From assembly GCA_000146045.2 (NCBI GenBank), contig BK006946.2, forward strand, positions 256,001 to 320,000: DNA of 64,000 nucleotides, written 5' to 3'. The DNA is from TPA_inf: Saccharomyces (taxonomy: Eukaryota). Of this stretch, positions 1 to 12,150 are shown piece by piece. The notes beneath the pieces were generated by a model. That model was given only the letters and a program-made list of their open reading frames with translations, ran no database searches and was not told the DNA's origin. A program made the position numbers and the translations under genes. Each line of letters opens with the position of its first letter. Position 1 is the stretch's first letter.

Positions 1-91
1 TATAGAAACTGGTAAGTGCAATAGTACCAATAATGATTATAATTATAATACAAGTATATATATATATCTATATATAGTGGTAAAGTATTCT

Positions 92-2416
92 TTACATGAT
101 GGCACAACGCTGAGATTTATCCGTACCTGCAGAACCACTGTTTTTATGATTCTTAAACCTATTCATCTGGAATTTCCAACGCTTTCTATCCTTGTTAGTG
201 GCATGAGTAGGGTTATCTATGCCGCTTAAAGACTTTAGTAATGTAGGTAAAGGCAAACTTTTGGACCTTTCCACGGCACTCATAGCATTGATGGAACTCT
301 TTATCTTTTTCAACTCATTTTTGGAATTACTTTCATTGTTACCCTTGGAATTAGGTTTGTGAGAATTTTTTGTCTTCAAAGAATGGCTAAAATTCGAGGA
401 AGTCGTATTAGAGTTCGACAGTTGTGTCATTGGATGAGGTTCACTTGATAAAACTGTACTTTCACCTGTTTTAGAGTTATCCAACTCGTTACTATTACTT
501 TTATCGATTTTTGTAACAGAATTATGTCTATTGAATGCCCATTCCCCGATACTGTTTACGGTTCTAATAGAACGATGTGCTGTAGTAACGTTAGATTCCA
601 TTCTAGTTGGTATGTACATTTGTGGGCCTGACTGTTCTGATAAAGAAGCATCGTCACCATCGTCTTCATCGTCTTCATCGTCAATATAGTCGTTGTAACC
701 GTTATTATATGCAGTCGGGAAATATTGTTGCGGGTCGTTAGTTAATGATAACTCAGAATCTAGAGGTTGCTCTTTTGATATTCCTTCCCTATTATCATAA
801 TTGGGATTTTTGAATTCTTCTTCAACCTGTTTGCCGGAGTTTGTCACAATAACCATTGTGTAAAATAAAATTTTTGGAAATGATCTCTTGATATCTAGCA
901 AATCTTGAAGTGTTAGAATTTGTAAATTATTCATTGAAAAATTGGAATCATACAGCAACCAATCATCGGTAACGCTTGCCATTGTAGGTTTATTGTTTGA
1001 CTGTCTAATCGCAGTAAAAATTTCTTTGGTGTCTGGATCCTGAATTAATATAGATTGCAAAACTAGCCTAAAATACCCTAGAGAATCACAAATTGAGATT
1101 GACGGTAGAATGGATAGTACTGAGTAATCGGAAGAAGAAAGATCTTCATCATCATAAACCTCTTCTCCATCGTCCTCTCCTGATCCATACCCTTGGGCGT
1201 CATAGTTATGATGAATTAAATTATCCTCCTCCTCTGGGGTTGTCGAAGTAGTTAAATTGTCTATAGAACTCGTTATACTTGACAATTCAGAGACATAGGT
1301 GGCATTCGTGTGATCGATGTTTTCACGTTTTGGATTACCTCGGCTGCTACTGCTTAAACTGTAGTGGGCACTACTACTATTACTGCTACTACTATAGCTA
1401 GTGTAGCTGACCGAACTTTCCATGCTATAACTTGCTTGATCGATACTCTCGTCACCTAGATCATGTGAGACTCTGCTATAATGATCCTCAACTTCATCCT
1501 GACCACTTTCATCCTCGCGCCTGGCAGTAGTTAAACTCAGGTCTTGTCCGGGATATGTGGATGATACGTCTTCGCCAGCAAAACTATCTATTGACATTAT
1601 CTCGGAATGTGACGGTGTATAGTCTTCATTAGTGTATGATGGAAAAATTTTGGGTAGTCTATTAGGCTTTGAATCTACTGTTCGCGAATGAGAAAAATTT
1701 AGGACTATAGAACTTGTGGCATCCTCTTCATCAACTTCGTTTTCATTATCTTGAGGCGTATCATTATTATTGCTTTGACTATTCACGGATGTAACGTTTA
1801 TATCAACTGTGTCCGGAGATGTCAAAGTCCTCGTATTCGTATTAGTTCGGGTAGCTGTTGAAGTCTGGGTATTTATATTTGACCACTGATCATCCGAAAC
1901 GTTTGATTCTAGCTTCCCGTTTGAAGCTTTTGATGAAGATATTGTGGGTGGTGGTATTGAATTTCTATTGTTATTGTTTAAAGCCTTGGAATTTTTTTGA
2001 ACTTGCCAACTTGTACTCGCAAATTCTAAAAAGGTAGGGTCTTGGAAATTGTTGAGGTTGTCCGTCAATAGGTAATGATTTTCATGATTGTAGCAGTGGG
2101 AGTGAGTTAATTTTGAGATTTGAATGTGTTCTAATTTTTCCAGATGAAAGTAATCTTTGAGGAAGATTTCCAATATGGAGATATCTTCATGAACATTCTC
2201 TGGGATGGAAACTAACAAAATCTTCTTGTTTGGCCTGGCCGAAATATTGTTATCACCATAAAAATGACTATTCAGAAATCTTTTTAACAGAGTGTATTTT
2301 AATTGATTGCCTATAAGTTCTTCAAAATCGCCTAATCTGAGGTTTGTTAAGTACCACGACCACAAACCATTGTCATCATTGTCAAAATAGTCGCCCACTC
2401 TAACGGATTTTTGCAT
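92..2416 (-). CDS. GIS4: GIS4; Ser/Asn-rich CAAX-box protein, 774 aa
   Basis: Full-length ORF in the track. It is low-complexity Ser/Asn/Thr-rich with an acidic [11 protein letters not shown] stretch and a C-terminal CAIM (CaaX) motif. Its position left of the tRNA-Ser and TRM12 matches the chrXIII gene order as I recall it. Confidence 0.88.
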
Positions 2417-3157
2417 TATATTTAAGTAACAGAGTGCTTTTTGATGGTTTTTGTTAACCGTCTTTCGAGCAGTTGAAGGATGAGAGTGAGTGTTAATGAG
2501 GGGTTATTTCTGCAAAACTTCTGCCGATATATTCTGCACTTAGTTCCCGCTGTTGTTCAGCCTTCACGTTCCTTAGCTACACAAGTCAGTTAAATCTGGT
2601 CCTGCCAAAGTGAATAAGTTGAAGATATTTATCTAGCTTGCGATGGAAAAAACTACAATAGGAAAAAAACTAATTAAAAAAAGAAAAAAAAAGAGAAGAA
2701 TTCAATGTTTAGGGATATAAATTCGATATAAAGGTTTAAAGTAAATAAATTTCGTGTATTACTATGCAAGTAATGTTTCTGCCTGCACCGGCTTCGTAGC
2801 TGGTGGAGTGCGATAGCGATGATACTACCTGAAAACACAGAGGAAGGCCGTCAGCCCCGCGCTAGGAACGATGAGGAGAAACCAGTTGGCGAATCGCCAC
2901 ATGCCATTTACGTAAAAGATGCTGTGTAACCTAACAGAAATAATCGATGGTGTGAACTAAAGTCCTAGGATGCACATAAGCAAGCGAAAAAGTGAAAACA
3001 ACATTTCCAGAGCTAAAAAAATGCATTTGCCGATCCGAAATAATCTCAAAACGAAAAAATGATTATGGACGTAAACAAAATTACCGCATTTCGCTCTCCT
3101 ATTATCATAACAAGCATGAGCGCAAAACTTAAAAATCCATCAAGAGGCAAAAAATAA

Positions 3158-3239
3158 CGACAACTGCAGGACTCGAACCTGCGCGGGCAAAGCCCAAAAG
3201 ATTTCTAATCTTTCGCCTTAACCACTCGGCCAAGTTGCC
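3158..3239 (-). tRNA. tS(AGA)M: tRNA-Ser (anticodon AGA), 82 nt with long variable arm
   Basis: The reverse complement reads GGCAACTTGGCCGAGTGGTTAAGGCGAAAGATTAGAAATCTTTTGGGCTTTGCCCGCGCAGGTTCGAGTCCTGCAGTTGTCG. It has a 7-bp acceptor stem (one G-U pair), GTTCGAGTC T-arm, anticodon loop TTAGAAA and a long extra arm typical of type II Ser tRNA. Confidence 0.95.
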
Positions 3240-4220
3240 ATACTAACTTGATTATTTGTGTATTCTGTTTTCTTGTGATTCCTTCTGGTTACATAATTAC
3301 ATTGTCTATATTCATATTTGATTCTAACAGCAGGTAATATTGGTCTATCGGCTACTCGTTCAAAAAATTAAAATCGTTATCAATTATATTCCATAGTATA
3401 GGTTGTTAAAAGATGGAATTAATTAAAGTAGAGTAGTAGAACAGGGATCACAGTGTTATTAGATTTTGGAGCAACTGATGTGTGTGAGTAATATATAAGG
3501 ATGAATCGAATGAAAGTATTATGAGAAAAGGAATCATCGTTGTGTAAAGTTGTTCATTTCGTATTTCTGGGTACTGTGAATGAGATGAACTTGCTGATAA
3601 TCGTTGGCATACTATTATTTGGAACGGTAATATTTTTGCGAATACAAAGTATACTGTAGTTTTTCCCCGAGGATTTACGAACCCACGAGAAGTGATCAAT
3701 ATTTCTACACAGTAGCATTATGATCTCTCTTTATTCGCTTATGTGTCGCCATTCACTACCCTATCATAATTCGGATCCTTGTGTTTCAGCTCCCATTAAG
3801 TTTGACGACCGTTCGTCATTTATTTATATTCTTACACCGTACACGATAATATACTTATGCGAACTCTAGTCGGTCGATGGTGATTAATTTTCATTTCAAT
3901 ATTTACTTATATCGGCGATAAGTCTTAAGCATGGAATTTATAGTCATTCTGTCACCCCTCCGAAACAGAAATGAATTTGTAAATGTATTCACTAAGTTTA
4001 GCCGTTTTAGACATTTGAATGTCGTTCGTCATCAGCGCGGCCAATATTGTTTACATGAAGAAAATGTTGTTAATATAGGCACTCTATTTGGTTTCATTAT
4101 GAGAAGTATCTTGCTGCTTGATGTCTTCGCACTTTTTTTTTCCAGATTTTTCAGGTGATGAGGTGGAGCTGGAGGATTTTACAATATTACTCAAATAATT
4201 TGTAGACAACGTTAGCGTGA

Positions 4221-5609
4221 ATGAGTGACGAAACCATGCCTGTAGAATTTTTAGTTAGTGATAAAAGACTGTTGAAAACCATAAAAGTTAAACTGGAAAC
4301 CAACGGCCTTTTTGTTACTCCTATCTATTCCGATAATGATAACAAAGTTATAAAATCTTCTATTGAGGATCTCAATCATCCATTGGCTGTCGAAATTAAC
4401 AATATAGCCGGTGTGAAGGCACGATTCCATGAAAGTGGTAACTTGGAACGTAGTGAAGGACATTTGAAACACCAAAGTAACAGCATTACGGAATTTACGA
4501 AGAGCTTTTTAAAAGATCATGGGCTTGCTAATGACAAGATATTTTTATCTCATTTATTAGATCATTTACCTCTAAAATATACAATATATCCACCAGTTGT
4601 ATTGTTCAATAATTCTACAGTGAGATCGTTTAATCACCCAATCTGGCAAAAAGCATTCCAACTGAAACTCTTCGATCCAAATGAGTATTATCGTGAGCTG
4701 CTATGTTTCCTTTCGCCCGGCAAACCAAGTAAAGGCACGAGTCTTCATCCTAACAATCGACTACTGACTCATCTGGCCATAAATAACCCTATCACAGAGG
4801 CAGATGTATTGCGAAGACCGTTCAATATCCAACCGCTTTATGGCAAATTGATTGATGACAGTATTTTGGATGATAACGATAATACGTTATGGGAAAATCC
4901 CAGTCAAGAACAACTAAACTCAAGCATATGGTGTAAGGTCATACAAAATGGTGTAACACAAATCTGGTCACCCGTTTTTACCATGTTTAGTAGAGGGAAT
5001 ATCAAGGAGAAGAAAAGAGTTTTGACTACTTTCCCAGATATTTGCAATAATGATGTGGTCGATTTATACGCAGGAATAGGTTACTTCACTTTTAGCTACT
5101 TAACAAAGGGCGCTAGGACACTTTTTGCATTTGAACTAAACCCTTGGAGTGTAGAAGGGTTAAAGCGCGGCTTAAAGGCAAACGGATTCAATAAATCTGG
5201 GAACTGCCACGTTTTCCAAGAATCAAATGAAATGTGCGTTCAAAGGCTTACTGAATTCTTATCTCAGAATCCCGGATTTCGGTTACGTATTAGGCATATT
5301 AATTTAGGTCTCCTGCCTTCAAGCAAACAAGGGTGGCCATTGGCCATCAAATTAATTTACTTACAAGGAGCTTCTTTGGAAAAAGTGACAATGCATATAC
5401 ATGAAAATGTACACATAGATGCAATTGAGGATGGAAGTTTCGAAAAGAATGTCATTGTAGAACTCGACGCTATTAATGAGTCAATTGCATTAATTAGAAA
5501 CCGTGGCATCAAACTTCAGTTTGTGAGATCTAAGCTTGAACGCATAAAAACTTTTGCACCAGATATTTGGCATGTATGCGTTGATGTCGACGTTATAGTA
5601 AGTACTTAA
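4221..5609 (+). CDS. TRM12: TRM12/TYW2; tRNA wybutosine synthesis transferase, 462 aa
   Basis: Full ORF. It carries a class-I methyltransferase-like SAM-binding motif (VVDLYAGIGYFTFSY), and its position between tS(AGA) and GLO1 fits the recalled gene order. Confidence 0.85.
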   Translation: MSDETMPVEFLVSDKRLLKTIKVKLETNGLFVTPIYSDNDNKVIKSSIEDLNHPLAVEINNIAGVKARFHESGNLERSEGHLKHQSNSITEFTKSFLKDHGLANDKIFLSHLLDHLPLKYTIYPPVVLFNNSTVRSFNHPIWQKAFQLKLFDPNEYYRELLCFLSPGKPSKGTSLHPNNRLLTHLAINNPITEADVLRRPFNIQPLYGKLIDDSILDDNDNTLWENPSQEQLNSSIWCKVIQNGVTQIWSPVFTMFSRGNIKEKKRVLTTFPDICNNDVVDLYAGIGYFTFSYLTKGARTLFAFELNPWSVEGLKRGLKANGFNKSGNCHVFQESNEMCVQRLTEFLSQNPGFRLRIRHINLGLLPSSKQGWPLAIKLIYLQGASLEKVTMHIHENVHIDAIEDGSFEKNVIVELDAINESIALIRNRGIKLQFVRSKLERIKTFAPDIWHVCVDVDVIVST

Positions 5610-5704
5610 ATACAAAATATAAATAATAATTAGTGTATGAAAAGTCAACAAGAATGGTCATTATTGTAAAAAAAAAATACTAACCTCCTATTCATTTCAA
5701 CTTT

Positions 5705-6685
5705 TTAGGCAATCAAACCATGAGGAACGACTTCAATGGAATAACCATCAGGATCCTTCAAAAAGGCAATATTCTTCATTCTGCCTTGGTTAAATTTAGG
5801 AGACCATTGGATCTTATCGCCGTATTTCACTTCAATTTCTTTACAAAGGGCGCCAGCGTCATCACAACTTATGCAGATGTGACCATAACCCTGGGGCTCT
5901 GAGTTACCGTTATGATAGTGGAAGTTTGGATCATTCTCAGTTCCCCAATTATGAGTTAACTCCAACACACTTTCACATGAAAAAACGCTGTCGGTCTTTG
6001 GAACGCCATAACCAAGAAAGTATAACGTAAATTTTGCACTTTCGTGCTCACTAGTTCTTAATAATTTCATGCCCAACACATTCTGGTAGAATTCTAAAGA
6101 CCGGGTTGGGTTTTTAATACGAATCATGGTATGATTGAACTTGTTACCTACTGAGCCCTTTGGGTATTCCTGACCCTCTCTAGAATATGTGATCAACTCA
6201 ATCCAGTATCCATCAGGGCCTAAAGCAAACGCAATGTCCTTCTGTCTTCCTTCAGAGAGTCTCTTCTTGAATTTGACACCCTGAGATTCTAGCTCTTCGC
6301 AGGTTTTATTGATATCGGATACAGAAAAACAGATGTGCCCAAATCCACGATGAGGTTCCTCATTCCCGTTGTTGATCTTGTAGTCTGGGTTTTTTTCAGT
6401 ACCCCAATTGTGAGTTAGTTCTAAGACACCGTGTGCGCTAAAAACATCAGGCTCTCCATTCTTATTTTTGGGTATGTCGTCTTTTGGAAAGCTTAAAAAG
6501 TACAAGCTAAATTTTGCTTCTTCAAAATCCTTTCTGCTTAATAGCTTCATACCGAAGTGTTCGGTGTAGAACTTAACGGTCCTTGCTGGATCCTTGACTC
6601 TTAAACATGTGTGATTAAGCAGAAGGGTTGGATCATTCGAGGCTTTCTCAATCTGAATTGGATAGCGTGTACTATCAGTGGACAT
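5705..6685 (-). CDS. GLO1: GLO1; glyoxalase I (lactoylglutathione lyase), 326 aa
   Basis: The ORF encodes two tandem VOC/glyoxalase repeats with near-identical motifs (VLELTHNWGTE...GFGHICFS and VLELTHNWGTEND...GYGHICIS). I start it at the MSTDSTRYPIQ methionine, 14 codons inside the track ORF, which gives 326 aa. Confidence 0.88.
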   Translation of the reverse strand: MSTDSTRYPIQIEKASNDPTLLLNHTCLRVKDPARTVKFYTEHFGMKLLSRKDFEEAKFSLYFLSFPKDDIPKNKNGEPDVFSAHGVLELTHNWGTEKNPDYKINNGNEEPHRGFGHICFSVSDINKTCEELESQGVKFKKRLSEGRQKDIAFALGPDGYWIELITYSREGQEYPKGSVGNKFNHTMIRIKNPTRSLEFYQNVLGMKLLRTSEHESAKFTLYFLGYGVPKTDSVFSCESVLELTHNWGTENDPNFHYHNGNSEPQGYGHICISCDDAGALCKEIEVKYGDKIQWSPKFNQGRMKNIAFLKDPDGYSIEVVPHGLIA

Positions 6686-7476
6686 TGTTAGTTTGTAGCT
6701 GGTGGCGTATCTGGTCTGAAGTGTCAAAAAAAAGGCATGGAAATGTTATTCCGATTTTTTTTCTCCCTATTTATAAACGTCACTAACTAGAAATACGGGA
6801 TATCAACTACTACGAGAGAGGGACATTCTAGTATCAAAGAAACTTACTATGACGCAGTTTAGGATCCCTGTGGTGACTACGTATCCAGGTCTACTACTCC
6901 ATCGTAAAGCCCCTTGTTTATTCAGTGTCCAGATCATATGCGGGATGTGTATTTTGTGCTGAGTGGAAAAATAAGATCATATGCTCAAGAATAAAGGGTT
7001 AAAGGGTATGGAAATTTCAGTTCTCCCTGGCTCAAGAACATTGTCAGTATTCCTATAACTGAAGCTGAGTGGTACTAATGCACCGAGATGCAAAGTCCGA
7101 ACCACCCCCACCCCCCTCTTTACCTATTTTTTATATTTTGTGATAAAGGGATAACTCGTCTTGCCTTCACTGCGCTTCGATTCTACTTTAGCTAAACTAA
7201 GCGTTACTTTGTTTGAGAATCTCTCAGCCGTTAAATCAACGTACTTGTATACTAAACAGTATATTCACGTGATAACTTTGCCTTACACCTATGATATAGA
7301 TAAATATATACATATATATGAGTGTGTGTGCATTGCGTCACTAAACTATGTTTAATATGACAGAAGGTTTTCGTTTAATTTTGCCGCTACCCGAAAATTT
7401 TGGCAGTTGCAATTTATAACTAAAGGAACCACCTTATTGTAAATTCCTCAACGGAAAAGCTATGGCTTAGCTAGGG

Positions 7477-10400
7477 TTGACAATGTCAGTTTACCATTTA
7501 CCAACGCTGTTGAACCCGCTGGTTAATGCTATATTTAACTGTCCCGAACCAGAAAGATCCCCATTGAAAAAGCTTTTCGCTAATTTAAAAACCCGTAGGT
7601 TTATCCTCCTAGCACCTCCTTCAGAATACCTTTTGAATTACCACGATGTCAAGAGCAAACTGCCGTTACATGACCTCTGTTATAATGCAGAGTTTATTAA
7701 CTCTTACATATTGTTAATGACTGAAAACTCTTACATAAATACGAATTCAAGGGACAGTCATTATGAAACGTTAGATGGTAAGACCGTTGTTATTCAATGG
7801 AAGAATAATGTGATCCATGCCTTAAATGGATTTCATATAAGGCGAAGACTAAAGATTCTAGAGACAAAAATATTACCCAATTTTAATGACTACTTTGAAG
7901 GGGCGGCTGATTTTATCATACTATTCATAGATCAACCTTTAAATTGCGAATTTGTACCTAACGACTACTTACAGTGTTTTCACAATTATGAGAAAATACC
8001 AAAAAATGCACATGCTATGCCAAATCTGTCGATAGATTCTTTTCAGCAAGAAAGATCGTCATTCGAGAATATATTGCACATTCATCCTGCTCGATTAACA
8101 CAGCTTGGCCAATTGTTTTCGAGTTACAGAACGCTCGCTCCTGGTGATGATCCATCTAGAAGTATTTTTGAAAGCATCGTGCAACAAGCATTTGATGGAA
8201 TGAAATCGGATTCACTTTTCAAGAACTTTTCTAATCTTTACGATCTTATACACGACTATTTTGAACTAAATCTTTACGATGATATATGGTCTAGGCTTAC
8301 TACACATTTCAAAGGCCACGAAGTAGACACTGAAAAAATAAATATTTTTCAGTGAACCAGTTGTTGACAGATTTTTACTCAAAAGATTATGGGGAATTTA
8401 AATTACACGACATCACTCTTATTGAAAGGCGTCTCCATCTAGCGTCCAAACATCTTCAAAAGTTGGCTTTGACCCATTCATACGCTGAAAAATCTAAAAT
8501 ATTAGTTGAAACTCTACAGAAATTATCAGGTACTACCGAAATGGATTCACATCAACTAGAACTACCAGACGGATTGAATAACATGACGATGGATGCAGAC
8601 ACTTTAATTAGCCTTTTTGTGCTCGTTGTTTGCAGAAGTGAACAAAAGCACCTTAAAAGTCATCTTTACTATTTGCAAAATTTTTCGAATAACTCTTCTT
8701 CTACAAAATTCGGCATTCTAGGGTATGCTGTATCCACACTGGAAGCAGTGGTTTGTTATTTCGAAGACTTCAACAAAAATACAGGCAACGTGGCGAAAGC
8801 TAACACATTATGTGAAAAAACTAAGAATTTATTAGATAAGTTGTCATGTGAAAACCCCACAAATGAAGTAGAAGATCTGGCAACATACAAGGATATTTTG
8901 ACCTACAGAAATGAGCAAGGACAATCCATTCTATCCATATGTATAACAAATCATAAAAACTACATCTTATTAGATATTCTTTCTGAATATGAAAACGACT
9001 TTCCAGTAGAAGACCTTTTAGAGGACGAAACGATTGATGGTTCTACGCTGCTTATAGAATCGATAAAAGCAGGAAATTTAGAAGCCGCGAAAGTTCTCAT
9101 AAAGATCATGCTGTTCAATTGTACTGAAGAGGAGCTGGTTTCTTATATCAATAAAACAGATAAATATGCACGTACCGTGGCTCATTATCTAACCCATGAA
9201 ATGGATATACTTAAAAGCATCGGAAATTATATTGATTGGAAACGAAAAAATTCCAGTGGACAAACGCCTTTATTTTCCATCTTTAGAAGTTATGATCAAC
9301 CAAATTATGAAGAAATGGTGAAGACCGCATTTGATATCGCAAATACTTGGTATAGAAAGCACAACAGTTTGTTTGACTATCTAGACCACACCGATAATAA
9401 GGGCAATAGCTTGTTGCATGTTTTGAAAACAAACATTCCAATCCTTTTACAACTGACTAAGCTAGATATTAATGAGGAAAATTATAAGGGATTGACGCCA
9501 TTAATGGTATATGTGAAGTACAAAAGACTAAGTAATATTGACGCCATCACGAAAGACCGTCGACTTATATTAGAGAAGGTTCAAAACTCGACCTTCTTCA
9601 CTTGTTTTGATTATGCAAAAGATCACTCGGTACTAAGCAAGATAGGAGAAAGGGGTGTCAAAGATTCACTTTTTGGATTAATATATTTTCATTCTTTGCG
9701 ATATCATAATTTAAATGCGACAACAAATATAACATCCGTTTCAAATGCAGAGAAACCTTTCGCCACTACTGTTATTAACATGAAAACAATTCAAGGCTTA
9801 CTACGCTCAATTCTGAAAGACAATCCGTTCACCTTTTTGCCATTAAATACCTATATCGATGAAATATCGCACTTAAACCGTTCTGATTTAACAATAATCG
9901 GGAAAACAGATGTCACATCGTTACTTCACCAATTAACTAACTGCTTCAACGTTCTTTTATTCCTGAAAAAAATTCCAGAAAATTTGTTCACTGATGAGGC
10001 TTCTATCTTATATTGGATGCGCATAAACACTTCTAAAAGAAACCAGAAACCCTCAGGAAAAGAAAATCCAAAAACAATGGAACCCGAGGAGATTAATATG
10101 ATACAAAGCTTTTTACGTTTTAATTTTGATGAGATTTCATCATTTAAGGCAAGCTTGAATATTTTGAGGAAAGTCTTAATATTTATTAATTTGAAATCCG
10201 ATGATTTCGAGGATGCTTATAAGGGTCTTAACGAAATGGGTAGAAAATTAATTAATAGTGAAGCATCCAGCGCATTTAAGGGGATTATAACAAATCATAA
10301 TATGTTCAGTGAATTATCGCTAGCAGCACTACTAGAAAACGTGCGTTTCTTGGAACAATGTACTATCCAACTATCTAGTTTCGTTCAGATAATTTTATTT

Positions 10401-10754
10401 GAAAAAATTCCGAACTGGTGGAAACATTATGGTGAGTTTTTAGCTTTACATAAAAGCTATCGGAAGGCTTTTCCTAACATGGTTAAGCCAAAAAGTGCAT
10501 CAGATACCTCTAGTCGTGCTCCACTTGGTGGTTTTATTGAAACGAAGCGTGAACAATCGGAGCAAAGACTAGCGGTTCAGATAAAGGCCTCTTCAAAAAT
10601 GCTCAAAGAACTTGGAAGCGAAATTTTTGTAGCTCACGAAAGGTTGGCCGAGGAACTAAGCAATTATATGGAGTTCAGGAAGGCGTGCTTAGATCAGCGT
10701 AGTCTTGTGGCATTTGCCACAACCAACATTAGCGTTCTTCAAGAATGTGTTTAA
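7477..10754 (+). pseudogene. VRL1: VRL1 (YML003W + YML002W); VARP-like Vps9-domain GEF disrupted by a frameshift near 8334-8353
   Basis: Two same-strand ORFs abut: frame 1 at 7477..8355 and frame 0 open from 8334 to 10754, with the first ATG at 8541. They overlap by about 20 nt within a run of A6/T5 homopolymers. The downstream ORF encodes ankyrin-like repeats and a Vps9-like region. I recall that in S288C these are annotated as YML003W and YML002W and that together they form the frameshifted VRL1 gene. Confidence 0.7.
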
Positions 10755-11173
10755 GATTGACTGAGCATTGCAATATTTTACCTTCTTCTCACTTGTTCTA
10801 TAGAATTTTTTACCCAAAAATAAGAGATAAAGAGTTTGAAAGAAACATCATTACATATATATATATATACGGGCAGCTCCGTAACTCGAAAAGAGTGACA
10901 GCTGTTTTACTCTGTAATAGCTGACGATTCTTCAGTGATTGGAATAACCTCAGAACTCACCGGTACGGGTAACGTTTGTATCTCGCGGATTAACTTTTCG
11001 CATTTCGACCTACTGAGAGAAGAAGTTCCTTTTGTTAATCTGTACCTTTATCTTGAAAGCAGTCGTTACAGAGGAACAGCATTGGGAATCACCAACAAAA
11101 TAAGAGGAATAAGCTCATCCAGTCCACTTCTTATCCATATAGAAACCCCTTCTGTATCAATTCAAATTAAGTG

Positions 11174-11800
11174 ATGTCTTCTAGAAAAAAAAATATTTTG
11201 AAAGTAATCATCCTAGGTGACTCTGGTGTTGGGAAGACCTCCTTGATGCACCGTTATGTCAATGATAAGTATTCTCAACAGTATAAAGCAACAATTGGGG
11301 CTGACTTTTTAACAAAAGAGGTGACAGTTGACGGTGATAAAGTTGCCACCATGCAAGTTTGGGATACTGCTGGACAGGAACGTTTCCAATCACTGGGTGT
11401 TGCTTTCTATAGAGGTGCAGATTGTTGCGTTTTGGTCTACGATGTGACCAATGCCAGTTCCTTTGAGAATATTAAGTCTTGGCGAGATGAATTTCTAGTG
11501 CATGCGAACGTAAACTCACCAGAAACATTTCCATTTGTTATACTGGGAAATAAAATTGATGCCGAAGAATCTAAAAAAATTGTATCAGAAAAGTCCGCTC
11601 AGGAGCTTGCTAAATCATTAGGCGATATTCCTTTGTTTTTAACAAGTGCCAAAAACGCCATAAACGTTGATACCGCATTTGAAGAAATTGCAAGGAGTGC
11701 TTTACAACAGAATCAAGCTGATACAGAAGCCTTTGAAGATGACTATAATGATGCCATCAATATTCGCCTAGATGGAGAAAATAATTCTTGTAGCTGTTGA
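11174..11800 (+). CDS. YPT7: YPT7; Rab7-family GTPase, 208 aa
   Basis: It has the P-loop GDSGVGKTS, switch II WDTAGQE, NKID and SAK motifs, and a C-terminal CSC prenylation motif. The track ORF begins one codon earlier at a GTG; the true ATG is at 11174. Confidence 0.93.
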   Translation: MSSRKKNILKVIILGDSGVGKTSLMHRYVNDKYSQQYKATIGADFLTKEVTVDGDKVATMQVWDTAGQERFQSLGVAFYRGADCCVLVYDVTNASSFENIKSWRDEFLVHANVNSPETFPFVILGNKIDAEESKKIVSEKSAQELAKSLGDIPLFLTSAKNAINVDTAFEEIARSALQQNQADTEAFEDDYNDAINIRLDGENNSCSC

Positions 11801-12030
11801 GCTGTACTACTTAATTGTATCTTCTATTATGTAATCCTTTATAGCGTATCCTTAAAAAAATTAATAATTTAAAACTACTAAATATATTTAGGGATGTGAT
11901 GGCCCTTTCAATATGAGGCTTTCGATTACCATGTGCAATCTGTCTATGAACCTTAGTTAATTAACACAACTGTTAAATAAAGCGATTTACTACACTTGAG
12001 ATAATATAACTCAACAAAACGTGACAAAAA

Positions 12031-12150
12031 ATCACATGACTACCTAACAAAATATTTATTTTTCTTTTTTAATATTTGAAAATACTAAAATATTTTTGTT
12101 GTTTTTTGAAAAAAGGATTTTTAATGTGTATGCGTTCCGAACTTTAAATA
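12031..12150. other. CEN13: CEN13 point centromere (CDEI-CDEII-CDEIII)
   Basis: CDEI is ATCACATG at 12031-12038. CDEII is an 86-bp tract of about 86% A+T at 12039-12124. CDEIII is TGTGTATGCGTTCCGAACTTTAAATA at 12125-12150, with the invariant CCG at 12137-12139 and the TTCCGAA core. The position between the YPT7 and CDC5 3' ends matches CEN13. Confidence 0.92.

Noticed and set aside
10935-11174. The 79-aa ORF immediately upstream of YPT7, and several track ORFs whose first residue M corresponds to GTG/TTG rather than ATG (for example 8352, 11171, 59371).
   Set aside because: The ORF caller evidently allows alternative start codons. The 79-aa ORF is low-complexity promoter sequence, and nuclear yeast genes start at ATG. 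I adjusted gene starts to the first in-frame ATG where the protein matched a known N-terminus.
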